Shown in pieces: positions 1-10,510 of a stretch of 64,000 bases of DNA. The stretch covers positions 5,440,001 to 5,504,000 of the forward strand of contig CP170459.1 of assembly GCA_047947115.1 (NCBI GenBank), given 5' to 3'. The stretch comes from Verrucomicrobiota bacterium. GTDB lineage: Bacteria; Verrucomicrobiota; Verrucomicrobiia; Limisphaerales; AAA164-E04. Positions within the stretch are counted from its first letter, which is position 1. The number at the start of each line of letters is the position of its first letter. Both the position numbers and the translations under genes were made by a program. The notes beneath the pieces are model-generated. The model saw nothing but the letters and a program-made list of their open reading frames with translations, was not told where the DNA came from and did no database searches.

Positions 1-699
1 CCGATCATCCTCATGGATTGCCAGATGCCGGAACTTGATGGTTATGAAACAACGAGACGGATACGAGCCCTTGAAAAGGCAGGTGAATCAAATCTGGACA
101 AGCCCCACCGCATCATTGCGATGACCGCGAACACCATGGACGAAGATCAGCAGAAGTGCCTGGATGCCGGCATGGATGATTACCTGTCCAAACCCGTCAT
201 TTTCACATCTCTGGCAACGGCGCTGAAACGCTCACTCAAAGCACAAGTTTCATCAGGAATTTCTGCCCCGATATCCGGCAAGTTGAATCGGGAAGCAACC
301 GGCAATGCAGACCGGTCCAACAATACAAAACTGTTGAATCCTTCGGTGCTCAAACAATTTCTGGGCGATGATCAACCTGCTGAATCCAGTGTGCTGGCAA
401 AACTGATCCTGATGTTTGTGGAAAAGGAAATTCCCAAAAGACTGAAAGAGTTGGAGGAAGCCCTTCAAACCGGACAAATCGAAAAGCTTGTCCGAAGTGC
501 ACACAGTTTCAAGGGAAGCTCGAACAACATGGGCCTGGAGCAACTGGCGGCGCTCTGCGGTCAATTGGAAAAAGAATCCCACAACATGCCTGCAAAAGAC
601 ATCAAGCGATTGCTGGAAGCCATCGAAAGGAAGAGCACCGAATCCGCATGCGCCTTGAAACAATTTGTCCAAACCCCGGATTTCAAGCCAGCCGAATGA
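1..699 (+). CDS. C-terminal part of a hybrid sensor kinase/response regulator (receiver + Hpt domain), 5'-truncated by the window edge
   Basis: Frame is open from base 1 (PIILMDCQMPELDGYE). Receiver motifs IIAMTA and DDYLSKP, Hpt motif AHSFKGSS. Confidence 0.85.
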   Translation, partial: PIILMDCQMPELDGYETTRRIRALEKAGESNLDKPHRIIAMTANTMDEDQQKCLDAGMDDYLSKPVIFTSLATALKRSLKAQVSSGISAPISGKLNREATGNADRSNNTKLLNPSVLKQFLGDDQPAESSVLAKLILMFVEKEIPKRLKELEEALQTGQIEKLVRSAHSFKGSSNNMGLEQLAALCGQLEKESHNMPAKDIKRLLEAIERKSTESACALKQFVQTPDFKPAE

Positions 700-740
700 T
701 TGATCTTGCCCTCAGGGCGTGAAGTGCATTTGATAGTCAG

Positions 741-2792
741 ATGATCTCAATGTCGAAAAGAATGGCTATGGCGTGCGTTTTCTGCACGTTCATATCGACT
801 TTACCATGTTTCATCCTGGCCGACGGACCGACCGACAATCGAATGGATGTAGCCCGCCCAATCCCGCCTGTCGGAACTTCATTTGAACCCAATCAACAGG
901 CGGAGGTGGTGAACCTGCTGGATTCCCTGAAAAAAGACATCGCCAAGGCAAAAGAAAAACTCAAGGATCAGCCTGAGTTGCTGCGTCACTTTTCCGACAT
1001 TGAAGTGTTTGCAAGTGCCGTGGAAACAGCCGTCACCTACAACGAGATCTACGACCCGAAGAAGGAATTCTCCCAAGCCATGGAACAACTGGCCGTCGCT
1101 GAAGAGCGTCTTCAAAGACTGGTTCAAGCTTCTCCGGATTGGCTCAAGAGCACCGGACTCGTACCACGCGGGTATCGCTCCAACATTGATGATTCCGTTC
1201 AGCCATACGGATTGGTGATTCCCTCCACCTGGCGGCCTGGATCTTCGATCCCGATTCGCCTGGACATCTGGTTCCATGGTCGCGGTGAAAAGCTGACCGA
1301 ACTCTCCTTCCTCAACCAACGGCTGCACAGTGAAGGACAATTCACTCCCGACAACACCATCGTACTTCACCTCTACGGACGTTACTGCAACGCCAACAAA
1401 TTTGCCGGTGAAATCGACCTGTTCGAAGCAATGGAACATGTCAGAAAAGATTACCTGATTGATGAAAACCGGATCGTCGTCCGCGGGTTTTCCATGGGAG
1501 GCGCCGCGTGCTGGCAATTTGCAACGCACTACGCCGGTTTGTGGGCAGCCGCCGCACCTGGAGCCGGGTTTTCCGAAACCAAGGAATTTTTGGAGGTGTT
1601 CCAGAATGAAACCCTCAAACCCCACTGGTGGGAAGTCAAGCTCTGGAACCTTTATGACGCCACGGTGTATGCCGAAAACCTGTTCCAATGCCCAACAGTG
1701 GCATACAGTGGGGCGATCGACCGTCAAAAGCAGGCCGCCGATATCATGGAACGTTTTCTGGAACGCGAGGGGCTGCACATGACACATATCATTGGTCCGG
1801 ACACAGCCCACCGCTACCACCCGGATTCAAAGACAGCAATCGACCAGAAGATCAATTCCATCGCCCGGGTCGGGCGCGATCCGGTGCCGGACAAGATTCG
1901 GTTCACCACTTACACTCTTCGGTATGATCAAATGAAATGGATCCATTTGACTGGACTGGAAACTCATTGGGATCGTGCCCGTATCGAAGCTGAAATCGTT
2001 TCAGATCACGAACTGGACATTGACACCACAAACATCGCTTCCTTCTCTATTGTCATGAATGCGGGCGAGTGCCCTCTCGACAACTCGATAACACCCATAC
2101 TATGGGTGGACGGACAAAAGGTCGTGACGAACAGAGTATTAACCGACCGTTCATGGACCGTTCATATGACAAAGGAAAAAGGCAACTGGAAGCTTTCATC
2201 CTCCGCAACTGAACACGCATTGAAAAAGATTCCCGGACTACAAGGCCCCATAGACGATGCGTTCATGGATCGCTTCCTGATGGTGGGGCCTGGCAGTTGG
2301 GCAATGAACACCGAGGTGGGTGATTGGGTTTCAAAAGAGATGTCTCATGCACTTCAACACTGGCGGCAGCAGTTCAGAGGAGAACCAAGATTCAAACTGG
2401 ACAAGGACGTCACCGAATCCGACATCAAGGAAAGCAATCTGATCCTATGGGGAGACCCAACCAGCAACAGGCTGATCCGAGAAATTGCATCACAGCTTCC
2501 CATCCGATGGGATCATCAAGGTGTCCATACCCCGGAAAGGGATTACCCCCCAGAACGCTATCTACCGGCAATGATTTTTCCAAACCCGCTGAATCCTTCC
2601 AAATACATTGTCATAAACAGTGGGTTCACCTACCGGGAATACGACTACCTGAACAATGCGAGGCAAGTTCCAAAACTTCCAGACTGGGCCATCCTGGACC
2701 TATCCATTCCGGCATCACCTCGTTGGCCGGCCGGCATTGCAGAAGCAGGTTTCTTTGGTGAACGTTGGGAATGGAAGGACGCCCGTCCCTGA
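741..2792 (+). CDS. Secreted alpha/beta hydrolase (prolyl oligopeptidase/esterase-like)
   Basis: 683-aa ORF with a signal-like N-terminus, a WFHG oxyanion region and the nucleophile elbow GFSMGG. Confidence 0.7.
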   Translation: MISMSKRMAMACVFCTFISTLPCFILADGPTDNRMDVARPIPPVGTSFEPNQQAEVVNLLDSLKKDIAKAKEKLKDQPELLRHFSDIEVFASAVETAVTYNEIYDPKKEFSQAMEQLAVAEERLQRLVQASPDWLKSTGLVPRGYRSNIDDSVQPYGLVIPSTWRPGSSIPIRLDIWFHGRGEKLTELSFLNQRLHSEGQFTPDNTIVLHLYGRYCNANKFAGEIDLFEAMEHVRKDYLIDENRIVVRGFSMGGAACWQFATHYAGLWAAAAPGAGFSETKEFLEVFQNETLKPHWWEVKLWNLYDATVYAENLFQCPTVAYSGAIDRQKQAADIMERFLEREGLHMTHIIGPDTAHRYHPDSKTAIDQKINSIARVGRDPVPDKIRFTTYTLRYDQMKWIHLTGLETHWDRARIEAEIVSDHELDIDTTNIASFSIVMNAGECPLDNSITPILWVDGQKVVTNRVLTDRSWTVHMTKEKGNWKLSSSATEHALKKIPGLQGPIDDAFMDRFLMVGPGSWAMNTEVGDWVSKEMSHALQHWRQQFRGEPRFKLDKDVTESDIKESNLILWGDPTSNRLIREIASQLPIRWDHQGVHTPERDYPPERYLPAMIFPNPLNPSKYIVINSGFTYREYDYLNNARQVPKLPDWAILDLSIPASPRWPAGIAEAGFFGERWEWKDARP

Positions 2793-2876
2793 TTCTTCCC
2801 CTCCCCTTTCCGAATCGAAATATAGAAAAGGTCGTCATCCCTCGGAACGAAATGTGCCCATAAGCGAGCGGCAACA

Positions 2877-2938
2877 TTGTCCTTTTTTTGGACAAAAAAT
2901 GAGCAGCCAGGGTTTGTCCATGTGATTAACTTGGACAA
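2877..2938. promoter_or_regulatory. Two related palindromes upstream of the porin gene (candidate operators)
   Basis: TTGTCC-N7-GGACAA at 2877-2895 and TTGTCCA-N11-TGGACAA at 2914-2938. Confidence 0.4.
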
Positions 2939-3013
2939 CATAGTGAACGCACACCTCTTGTGAACAAGAATGCAAAGGCAAAGGCGCTCACAGCAACAAC
3001 CAACGAAAGAAAC

Positions 3014-4303
3014 ATGAAAAACCCACTTAACCTTGCTTTTTGGTGTGCTCCGCTCGTGATGACCTGCAGTTTGACTGCTGCCGAACCTGCCGTGAACACA
3101 GGCAAAAGCGCGCAGGAGGCCCTTTCCTTGGAAGATCGCATTGGAAAAGTCGTTTCATCCGGCAAAATCAACCTCAATACGCGACTCCGGTATGAAAATG
3201 CCGATTCCACCACACCTGGAATCCAATCGGCCAACGCCATCACCTTCCGCACTCGTTTGGGCTATACGACCGACAACTGGAACGGGCTCAAGGGAATGAT
3301 TGAGTTTGAAAACGTTTCAGCGCTCGGTGGCGAGGACAACTATCGAAATGCGCCTGGTCCATCGGCGAATGTATTTGATCACGATGTTGTGGCGGACCCG
3401 GAAGGAACCGAAGTCAATCAGGTTTGGGTGGGTTACGAGAAATGGGACAACGCACTGAAATTCGGCCGTCAGAATTTCACGCTCGATAATCACCGTTTTA
3501 TAGGAAATGTGGTATGGCGGCAGAATCTGCAAACGTATGATGCGGTCACGCTGATCAACAAATCCATCGAGGACTTGACCGCCACTTACGGGTATATTTT
3601 CGGTGTCAACCGAATCTTTGGCCCGGAATTCGGAGATGCTGCAGGGCCCGCCGATGGGCGATGGCAATCCAATAGTCATGTCTTTCACTTGAAATATGAC
3701 AAGGTGCCTTATGGATCATTGGTTGGATACGCTTACCTGCTGGACCTTGACGAGGCACCTGCGCTTTCCACCAGCACCTATGGTCTTTATTATGCCGGAA
3801 AAGCTCCGCTTAGCGATGCATTCAATCTGACATACAGAGCCGAGTTTGCTTATCAAACTGACTATGCAGATAACGCTGCGGATCTGAATGCCGAATATAT
3901 CAATCTTCAATTGGGGGGTGAATACCAACGGTTCTCCGCGGGCATCGGGTATGAGGTTCTGGGAAGCGACAATGCGGCCATGGGGTTCACCACTCCCCTG
4001 TCGACGCTGCACGCGTTCCAAGGATGGGCCGACATGTTCCTGGCCACGCCCGCAGGAGGTATTGAGGATTACCAAGCGTGGATTGGCGTTAAACTGCCTT
4101 ATGAAATCCCTCTGAAAGTCATCTACCACGATCTGCGTCCACAAGAGGGAGGCGGTGGCGACTACGGCAATGAACTGGACATCGTCGCGACCCGTCAGTT
4201 TGGAAAGTACTTCTCGGGTTTGGTCAAATACGCCTATTTCAACGGAGAATCAGGCATGGTGGACGTCAACAAGTTCTGGGCACAGGTCGAATTTGCATTC
4301 TGA
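3014..4303 (+). CDS. Alginate export family outer-membrane beta-barrel/porin
   Basis: Signal peptide from ATG 3014. Motifs RLRYE, RTRLGY, DPEGTEVNQ, GNVVWRQN, TLHAFQGWAD and C-terminal Phe. Confidence 0.75.
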   Translation: MKNPLNLAFWCAPLVMTCSLTAAEPAVNTGKSAQEALSLEDRIGKVVSSGKINLNTRLRYENADSTTPGIQSANAITFRTRLGYTTDNWNGLKGMIEFENVSALGGEDNYRNAPGPSANVFDHDVVADPEGTEVNQVWVGYEKWDNALKFGRQNFTLDNHRFIGNVVWRQNLQTYDAVTLINKSIEDLTATYGYIFGVNRIFGPEFGDAAGPADGRWQSNSHVFHLKYDKVPYGSLVGYAYLLDLDEAPALSTSTYGLYYAGKAPLSDAFNLTYRAEFAYQTDYADNAADLNAEYINLQLGGEYQRFSAGIGYEVLGSDNAAMGFTTPLSTLHAFQGWADMFLATPAGGIEDYQAWIGVKLPYEIPLKVIYHDLRPQEGGGGDYGNELDIVATRQFGKYFSGLVKYAYFNGESGMVDVNKFWAQVEFAF

Positions 4304-4329
4304 CACGGCAACCACACGGCATCATCAGA

Positions 4330-4357
4330 GCTCCTCAATTTGGGGAGCCTTTTTTTT
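4330..4357 (+). terminator. Intrinsic terminator after the porin gene
   Basis: GCTCCTC-aattt-GGGGAGC hairpin followed by a T run. Confidence 0.7.
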
Positions 4358-4373
4358 CCTCACATCATCCACT

Positions 4374-4497
4374 TATAACGTTTGCCAAAAGTAATTTCAG
4401 AAATAACCCTGCGTCACTGCGTCCCTAGCGCAGCGGGCGCGAGGATAAGAAGCATCAGCGAGCCCCTTATACGCAAATACTTTTGGCAATCAGTATA
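4374..4497. mobile_element. ERIC-like MITE, copy 1
   Basis: 124 bp, TATA at both ends, imperfect terminal inverted repeats (TTGCCAAAAGTA / TACTTTTGGCAA). A homologous copy lies at 50673-50794. Confidence 0.7.
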
Positions 4498-4518
4498 ACC
4501 AACAACCACTCCCCGGCC

Positions 4519-5526
4519 TTATCGCAGTTCGAAGGTCGCCAATACCGGACGGTGATCCGAAGCCACCCCCCAGGTCGGCAGATCCAGCACATAACTCAAA
4601 TCCGCACGATACCTTCCGCTAAGATCCCGATTCATCAAAATGTAATCCATGCGCGAAAACACATCATCATCATCGAAGAAATGGGTCCACACCGACCGGC
4701 GTTGACCGGATCCCTCAAGGTATGGAATCACGTTCCCCGGCCTTCCGCCCATGGGACGGGCATCTGCAAGCCTCCATTTGCCGGCCGGTCCTCTGAGGTG
4801 CTTCAACGTTTCAGAAGACGGATCATCATTAAAATCCCCCACAACAGCCACTAATTGCCCCGGCTGACTTTTCATACGATTCTCGACCAATTGACGCAAC
4901 ATCAAAGCCTCCCGAGTACGTAAATCCCACTGATCGGCATATGGAACCGGGCGTTTGGATTTTAAATGGGCTGCAAATACCTTGAGCGGATCCCGATCGG
5001 ACAAGCGGATATCCACCTCCAAAAAGGCGCGGGAAGAACGAAAGGCGCGACCGTACAAAACAAAGACATTGGTGGTGTGGTGTCGCACTGAGTCCACCGG
5101 CAACCGGCTTAACATTCCAAGATGAATGGGAGATCCCGGGGTTTCAGAAAAAATCGCCTGAGAATAATGAAGCCCCTGAGCGAGCAAATTGGTCTGAATG
5201 TTCACCAAGGCCTGGCGGGAACCCAGTTCCTGCAGGAATACCAAATCAGCCTTCATCTCCAAAAGGGCATCACGCACCGCGCGACGCGAGGCCGGTGCCT
5301 TGACCCGCCTGCCCTGCACAGATTCCAACAGGTAGTTTTCGACGTTGAAAGTGGCGATCGAAATGAGTGCTTCAGCGCCCGCAGGAATACCCGCAACCAA
5401 CGCCGCCCAGGAGATCAGCACCCAAGCACATCGGACGCCCAACGGTCTGGTACATGCACACAACAGCAGCCGCAGCCAAGCATGGCCACGAGAACACGCA
5501 TTCCTAATGATTCTTTCCCGCATCAT
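4519..5526 (-). CDS. Endonuclease/exonuclease/phosphatase family protein
   Basis: Motifs ATFNVEN, LQE, HLKSK, GDFND, DYI and SDHRPV. Exact start uncertain. Confidence 0.85.
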   Translation of the reverse strand: MMRERIIRNACSRGHAWLRLLLCACTRPLGVRCAWVLISWAALVAGIPAGAEALISIATFNVENYLLESVQGRRVKAPASRRAVRDALLEMKADLVFLQELGSRQALVNIQTNLLAQGLHYSQAIFSETPGSPIHLGMLSRLPVDSVRHHTTNVFVLYGRAFRSSRAFLEVDIRLSDRDPLKVFAAHLKSKRPVPYADQWDLRTREALMLRQLVENRMKSQPGQLVAVVGDFNDDPSSETLKHLRGPAGKWRLADARPMGGRPGNVIPYLEGSGQRRSVWTHFFDDDDVFSRMDYILMNRDLSGRYRADLSYVLDLPTWGVASDHRPVLATFELR

Positions 5527-5598
5527 TCAACTGCGGGTGTCCACTCAAAGAGATCACTGACTTCAGGCGAAAGTCGGTGACCATGTATCGATGGTTAA

Positions 5599-8500
5599 TC
5601 AATCTTCCGAAAACAAATACTCCAGATCGGCGCTGGACAAATTGCTGGTGAAGCCTTCTTCACCCAATACGTCGCTGATGGTTTTGGCCTTGGATTGCTG
5701 CAATTCCCAAATTTTTTCTTCAACCGTTCCGGGAGAGATCAGGCGATAGGCATTCACGGTTTGTGTCTGACCGATACGGTGGGATCGGTCAATGGCCTGT
5801 GCTTCCACCGCAGGATTCCACCACGGATCATAAAGCACGACATAACTGGCAGTCGTTAAATTCAATCCGGTACCGGCAGCCCTCAGACTCAGCAGGAAGA
5901 CGGAAGGATCTTTGTCTTCCTGGAAAGCGCTGACGACATCCATTCTGTTTTTGGTTTCGCCTGTCAGCAAATAAGTCGGCATGCCACGCACCTTGCACTC
6001 GCGCTCCAAAATCTGCAGCATCTGGACAAACTGACTGAAGACAAGCACCTTCTGACCTTCTTCCATGAGGGGCTCCAACAATTCGAAAAGGGTTTCCGTT
6101 TTTCCGGATACCGAATCATTCCCCACCAAGGTGGGATGACAGCAAATCTGACGCAGACGTGTGAGCGCGGCCAACACGTGCATTTTGCTCTTGGCCAGCC
6201 CTTTTTGTTTCATCGCCTTGAAGACCTGATCACGGCTTCGGCGCAGTTCGGCGAGATACAGTTTGCGTTGATCCTCGGTCAACTCGCAATCGCGGCGTTC
6301 ATCAATGCGCTCGGGAAGATCCTTGGCCACCTGCTGCTTCATACGTCTCAGCATGAGCGGACGCAATTTGGCGGACAGACGTTTCCGGGCGATTCGCTGG
6401 GCCACATCGGCATTCTCTCCCTTGGGTTCGAAAGTCTCACTGAACTTGGATTGATTGCCCAGATAGTTCGGTTGAACGAAATCAACAATGCTCCACAGAT
6501 CCAGCAATCTGTTTTCCAAAGGAGTCCCGGTCAAAGCAAGCCGTCGTTTGGCTCTCAATTGTTTGACCGATTGAGTCACTTGCGCGGTGGGATTCTTGAT
6601 ATACTGGGCCTCGTCCAACACGATGGCACCGAACTCAAACTTGTTTAATTCATCCAGATCCCGACGCAGTATGGAGTAATTGGTAATGATCAAATCATGA
6701 GACGGAATCTGTTTTCGAAGGTTGTGCCGCGCAGAACCGCTTTCCAATAGCAGTGTCCTCAAATGGGGAGTGAATTTCTCTGCTTCGCGCCTCCAGTTGT
6801 GCAACACCGATGCCGGGCAAATCACCAGAGCCGGCTTCTTTCGTTTACCGGCATTATCATGCTGCCATGCCAACCATGAAAGTGTCTGCAGGGTTTTTCC
6901 AAGCCCCATGTCATCCGCCAGAACACCTCCCAGTTTCATTTGGGTCAGGTGGCACAAGAAATTGAAACCGTCTTTCTGATAGGGGCGCAACTCCGCCTGG
7001 ATCGTTTTCGGCAGTTCCGAATCCGGAACTCCCTTGAAGTCGGCGATCTTTTCTTTAAGCGCCCGCACTTTGGCGTTTTTCCCAAACCGATCCAATGCCG
7101 ATTCATCCAACTGGGAAGCATGCAGTAAGGCCACTTTTTGAGGATCGTTGGAAAGTCCATCGACACCCAATTCGGCCATCGTTTCCTGGGCATCCTGCAC
7201 CGCATCGGTATCCAGTTCAACCCATCCACCATCGGGCAGTTTGACAAACCGTCCCGTCGCAGCCTGCAATTGCTGCAGATCAGCTTCAGTCAATTTCATG
7301 CCCTCCTGCTCCCATTCTGCGGATACCGACAACCAATCGATGCCACTTCCATGCATGATCAGCTTCGGTCGAAGCCGCTTTGAATTGAGGAACAAACGCT
7401 GGAAAGCTGTGTTACCGAGATAATCGGCTTCAGCCGGACGATCAGGCCAGACTTCGGACAATCCAATCAGAAAGTTTTCCGTTGCATCCCCAATCCACAA
7501 CCCGGGCTCGGGCGTGAACCAATCCAGTCGACGCAACCACTGCGTCGCGGCATCCACACGCGGATCATCCAAGAGTTCAGCTCGCCCACTACCGGACCCG
7601 TTGGCCTGCTCCACCTGCCATTCATGCCCTGTCCACTGCCAGACGCTCCGGTCCAGTTCGCTCACGGCACGCAGCCGAAGCCGAACCGTGTCATTTTCCA
7701 ATTCAAATACAAATTGTGGAGCCGCCGTGTGGGAAAGGCATAAATCATCCCAGACCGTATCCTTTTCGGTGGCGCAGTGCTTGCGCATATGGGTCAGTAA
7801 TCGATGGCTGAGTTTTTGAACAGGAATGGAAACCTCCTGCCCCCATCGCTCCAACAAAGCCTGGTGGGGGGCATGACGCACCAGATGAAATTCGTGATTC
7901 ACCAACGCCATCATGGGATCCCCCACAACGTATCGGGCATCCTTGAAAGAGATGGATTCACCGCTGGCCAGATACAGTTTGGGCACAAGTCCAAGTGATT
8001 CCCCTCCCTTTTCCACAGCCGGCTTGAGGTCTGCAACCAGTCCGGTGAACTTGAGGCTCTTGCCTCGACCTTCGATTTCCATACGACCATTGCTGCCCCA
8101 TTTGGCAAGCCACTTGAGAAGGTCCGCGCCTTGTAAGGTTAAAAACTCCAAAGCATCGTCCTCTTGCAGATACGTCGCATGAACCCATTCAACAAAAGCC
8201 CAATCATCCGGTGAAAACAACTCTTTCTCGTGGGATGAACGATTGGTCAGATCCTTGATTTCCCCCAGGGTCTTGAATTTCTCACCGCTTCTGGGACGGG
8301 AGAGGGACAGTCGGACAATGACCTGAACAACAGGTGACCCTTCTGATATGGGAATGATTTCAAAATGAGCTCTCACCCCTGCCCTCGGAGCATCCAGGTG
8401 TTCCGCAACGGGCGGCAACATCCAGCGCTCGAGGTGGACTACCAATTCCTGGTCTTTCTCCGCTTCTTCAACTTCCGCCAACCGATCAAAATTGGCGTAA

Positions 8501-8865
8501 GCCATCAACTCGGTCGGCAGCGGACGCTTGGCGCGCAGGAACAGGAGAGCGGTTTCCTCCAATCGTTCCTTGCCCTTGGTTTCAAGCATGCGATCCCACC
8601 AGTCGGGGCCCACAAAATCACGGCGTGAAAGAGCCAGCCTTTCGAAGTAGTCATCCAGAATCAGATACGCTCTTTGCGAATCTGTGCAGGTGGCAAATTG
8701 CTCAAGCAACTCCTTTCGGTCAGCCAGGTCTGTTTTGGAATCCGATAATTCGCGGCGCAGGTCTGCCCAGGCTCCGTAAGTTTTGTCCAATACGATATTG
8801 TTCGCGTCATATTTTGTGTTGAGAACAGGTCGTTTACTTTTGCTTGCTTTGCGTCCCCTAGGCAT
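5599..8865 (-). CDS. SNF2-family (SWI2/SNF2) helicase/ATPase
   Basis: Motifs LRPYQ, LADDMGLGKT, LDEAQ, LTGTPLEN, GTGLNL and QAIDRSHRIGQ. Confidence 0.92.
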   Translation of the reverse strand: MPRGRKASKSKRPVLNTKYDANNIVLDKTYGAWADLRRELSDSKTDLADRKELLEQFATCTDSQRAYLILDDYFERLALSRRDFVGPDWWDRMLETKGKERLEETALLFLRAKRPLPTELMAYANFDRLAEVEEAEKDQELVVHLERWMLPPVAEHLDAPRAGVRAHFEIIPISEGSPVVQVIVRLSLSRPRSGEKFKTLGEIKDLTNRSSHEKELFSPDDWAFVEWVHATYLQEDDALEFLTLQGADLLKWLAKWGSNGRMEIEGRGKSLKFTGLVADLKPAVEKGGESLGLVPKLYLASGESISFKDARYVVGDPMMALVNHEFHLVRHAPHQALLERWGQEVSIPVQKLSHRLLTHMRKHCATEKDTVWDDLCLSHTAAPQFVFELENDTVRLRLRAVSELDRSVWQWTGHEWQVEQANGSGSGRAELLDDPRVDAATQWLRRLDWFTPEPGLWIGDATENFLIGLSEVWPDRPAEADYLGNTAFQRLFLNSKRLRPKLIMHGSGIDWLSVSAEWEQEGMKLTEADLQQLQAATGRFVKLPDGGWVELDTDAVQDAQETMAELGVDGLSNDPQKVALLHASQLDESALDRFGKNAKVRALKEKIADFKGVPDSELPKTIQAELRPYQKDGFNFLCHLTQMKLGGVLADDMGLGKTLQTLSWLAWQHDNAGKRKKPALVICPASVLHNWRREAEKFTPHLRTLLLESGSARHNLRKQIPSHDLIITNYSILRRDLDELNKFEFGAIVLDEAQYIKNPTAQVTQSVKQLRAKRRLALTGTPLENRLLDLWSIVDFVQPNYLGNQSKFSETFEPKGENADVAQRIARKRLSAKLRPLMLRRMKQQVAKDLPERIDERRDCELTEDQRKLYLAELRRSRDQVFKAMKQKGLAKSKMHVLAALTRLRQICCHPTLVGNDSVSGKTETLFELLEPLMEEGQKVLVFSQFVQMLQILERECKVRGMPTYLLTGETKNRMDVVSAFQEDKDPSVFLLSLRAAGTGLNLTTASYVVLYDPWWNPAVEAQAIDRSHRIGQTQTVNAYRLISPGTVEEKIWELQQSKAKTISDVLGEEGFTSNLSSADLEYLFSED

Positions 8866-8888
8866 TGTTGATAACGAAACTAAAAAGG

Positions 8889-10244
8889 TTAAGAAATAGA
8901 TGAATTGGATTTGATCTTGGCCAACAATTCGTCGCGTTCAGCAGTCGAATCCCCGTTCTGACATCCGCCTGATGAAGGTGTGTTGACCGCTTTGCGCGCT
9001 TCCGCCAGGTGCCCCTTGTTGATGGAACAGCCATTGAATGCCTCCACTTGAGCCCCTGCTTCATAGGGCTTCGGTTTGGCCCCAAAATTGTATCGTATGT
9101 TTTTCCAGGTATCCCCGAACTGCGCATCCACTCCCAAGGCTCCGCTTGGATCGTAGCCACAGTGAACCATGCAGTTCTCACAACGAGGATCCCGCGCCTG
9201 CCCGTTCACGACTCCGTATTTGGACCAATCAACTTTGTCCAACATTTCCTGATACCCATCGTAATGACCGTCTGTCATCAGGTAGCAAGGAGCCTTCCAC
9301 CCGCGAATATTGCGAGTGGGAATCGCCCAGGCGGAACAGGTGAGCTCACGCTTGCCTGCGAGGAATTCCTGATAGACAGGCGTTCCGAAAATGGTGAACT
9401 TGCGTCCCCATTCCTCGATCTTTGAAAATTTTTCGCGCGTCATTTCCCGGGTCAGGAAGAAATCCTCCGGCCTCTTGCCGAGCCGTTTCATCATGTCCTG
9501 TTTCGCCGCGTCGTAATCATATCCCGGTGAGATCGTGTGCCCGTCCACTTCCATGGACGAAAGAAAGGCAAACATATCTTCCAATTCTTTGACATCCGTC
9601 TCTTTGTAAACAGTGGTGTTGGTGGCCACCTGGTAACCAATGATCTTTGCCATGCGAATGGCTGCAACACATTCTTTGAAGACACCCTCGCGCTCCACAA
9701 TGAGATCATGTGTGTATTCGAGCCCATCCACATGAACATTCCAATACATCCATTCCGATGGAGCAATGACATCAGGCCTCGATGGTCTTCCCTTGCGAAC
9801 AAATGCAAGATCCTTCTCATCGATCAGCGCTTCGGCCAGCAAGCGTTTCAACCTTGGCTCCCACGATTCATCGTAAACGGAAGCCAGGTAGTCCTTCATC
9901 TTTTTGCGCATGAACACACCGTTGGTGCAGATGTAGATGATACGACCCTGATTGCGAAGACCACACACCAGCTTTTCGATTTCAGGATAGATCAACGGTT
10001 CGCCACCACATATGGAAACCATCGGCGCGTCACATTCGGCTGCGGAATCAAGGCAGTCCTCCAGTCTCATGACATCTTTCAGACTCGTGGAATATTCCCG
10101 AATTCTTCCGCACCCGGTACACGTCAGATTGCAGGTATGCAGCGGCTCCAATTGGAGCACCATGGCAAACTTTGGGGTTCGCTTCAGTTTATGCTTGATG
10201 ATGTGAGAAGCTATCTTGGCTGTAAGAGCTAAAGGAAATCTCAT
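8889..10244 (-). CDS. hpnH: Hopanoid biosynthesis radical SAM protein (adenosylhopane synthase)
   Basis: LEPLHTCNLTCTGCG radical SAM motif, APMVSICGGEPL, and C-terminal DPRCENCMVHCGY typical of HpnH. Confidence 0.85.
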   Translation of the reverse strand: MRFPLALTAKIASHIIKHKLKRTPKFAMVLQLEPLHTCNLTCTGCGRIREYSTSLKDVMRLEDCLDSAAECDAPMVSICGGEPLIYPEIEKLVCGLRNQGRIIYICTNGVFMRKKMKDYLASVYDESWEPRLKRLLAEALIDEKDLAFVRKGRPSRPDVIAPSEWMYWNVHVDGLEYTHDLIVEREGVFKECVAAIRMAKIIGYQVATNTTVYKETDVKELEDMFAFLSSMEVDGHTISPGYDYDAAKQDMMKRLGKRPEDFFLTREMTREKFSKIEEWGRKFTIFGTPVYQEFLAGKRELTCSAWAIPTRNIRGWKAPCYLMTDGHYDGYQEMLDKVDWSKYGVVNGQARDPRCENCMVHCGYDPSGALGVDAQFGDTWKNIRYNFGAKPKPYEAGAQVEAFNGCSINKGHLAEARKAVNTPSSGGCQNGDSTAERDELLAKIKSNSSIS

Positions 10245-10510
10245 GATGGATCAGTATCGGTATGCAAATATAAAGGCCCTGCTTGAAACACGGCAGCCCC
10301 TGTGGAACCAACCGCTTCGCTTCCCGGGACATCCGACACATTCATGTGCGACGGATGCTGCCCCTCATAGCCCGCAACACCCGGGATGAAAAAAGCCGCA
10401 GGAGAAGCGCCACCACCAGCGTTCACACCTCCACACCCGGACAACACCACCATCATCAGGGCGGCGCAGGCTGGCACAAACAGGCATTTGCAATGACAAA
10501 CAAAATTCAC
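10241..10510 (-). CDS. Small hypothetical lipoprotein
   Basis: Lipobox-like VLSGC. The stop overlaps the hpnH start (ATGA). Confidence 0.45.
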   Translation of the reverse strand: MNFVCHCKCLFVPACAALMMVVLSGCGGVNAGGGASPAAFFIPGVAGYEGQHPSHMNVSDVPGSEAVGSTGAAVFQAGPLYLHTDTDPS

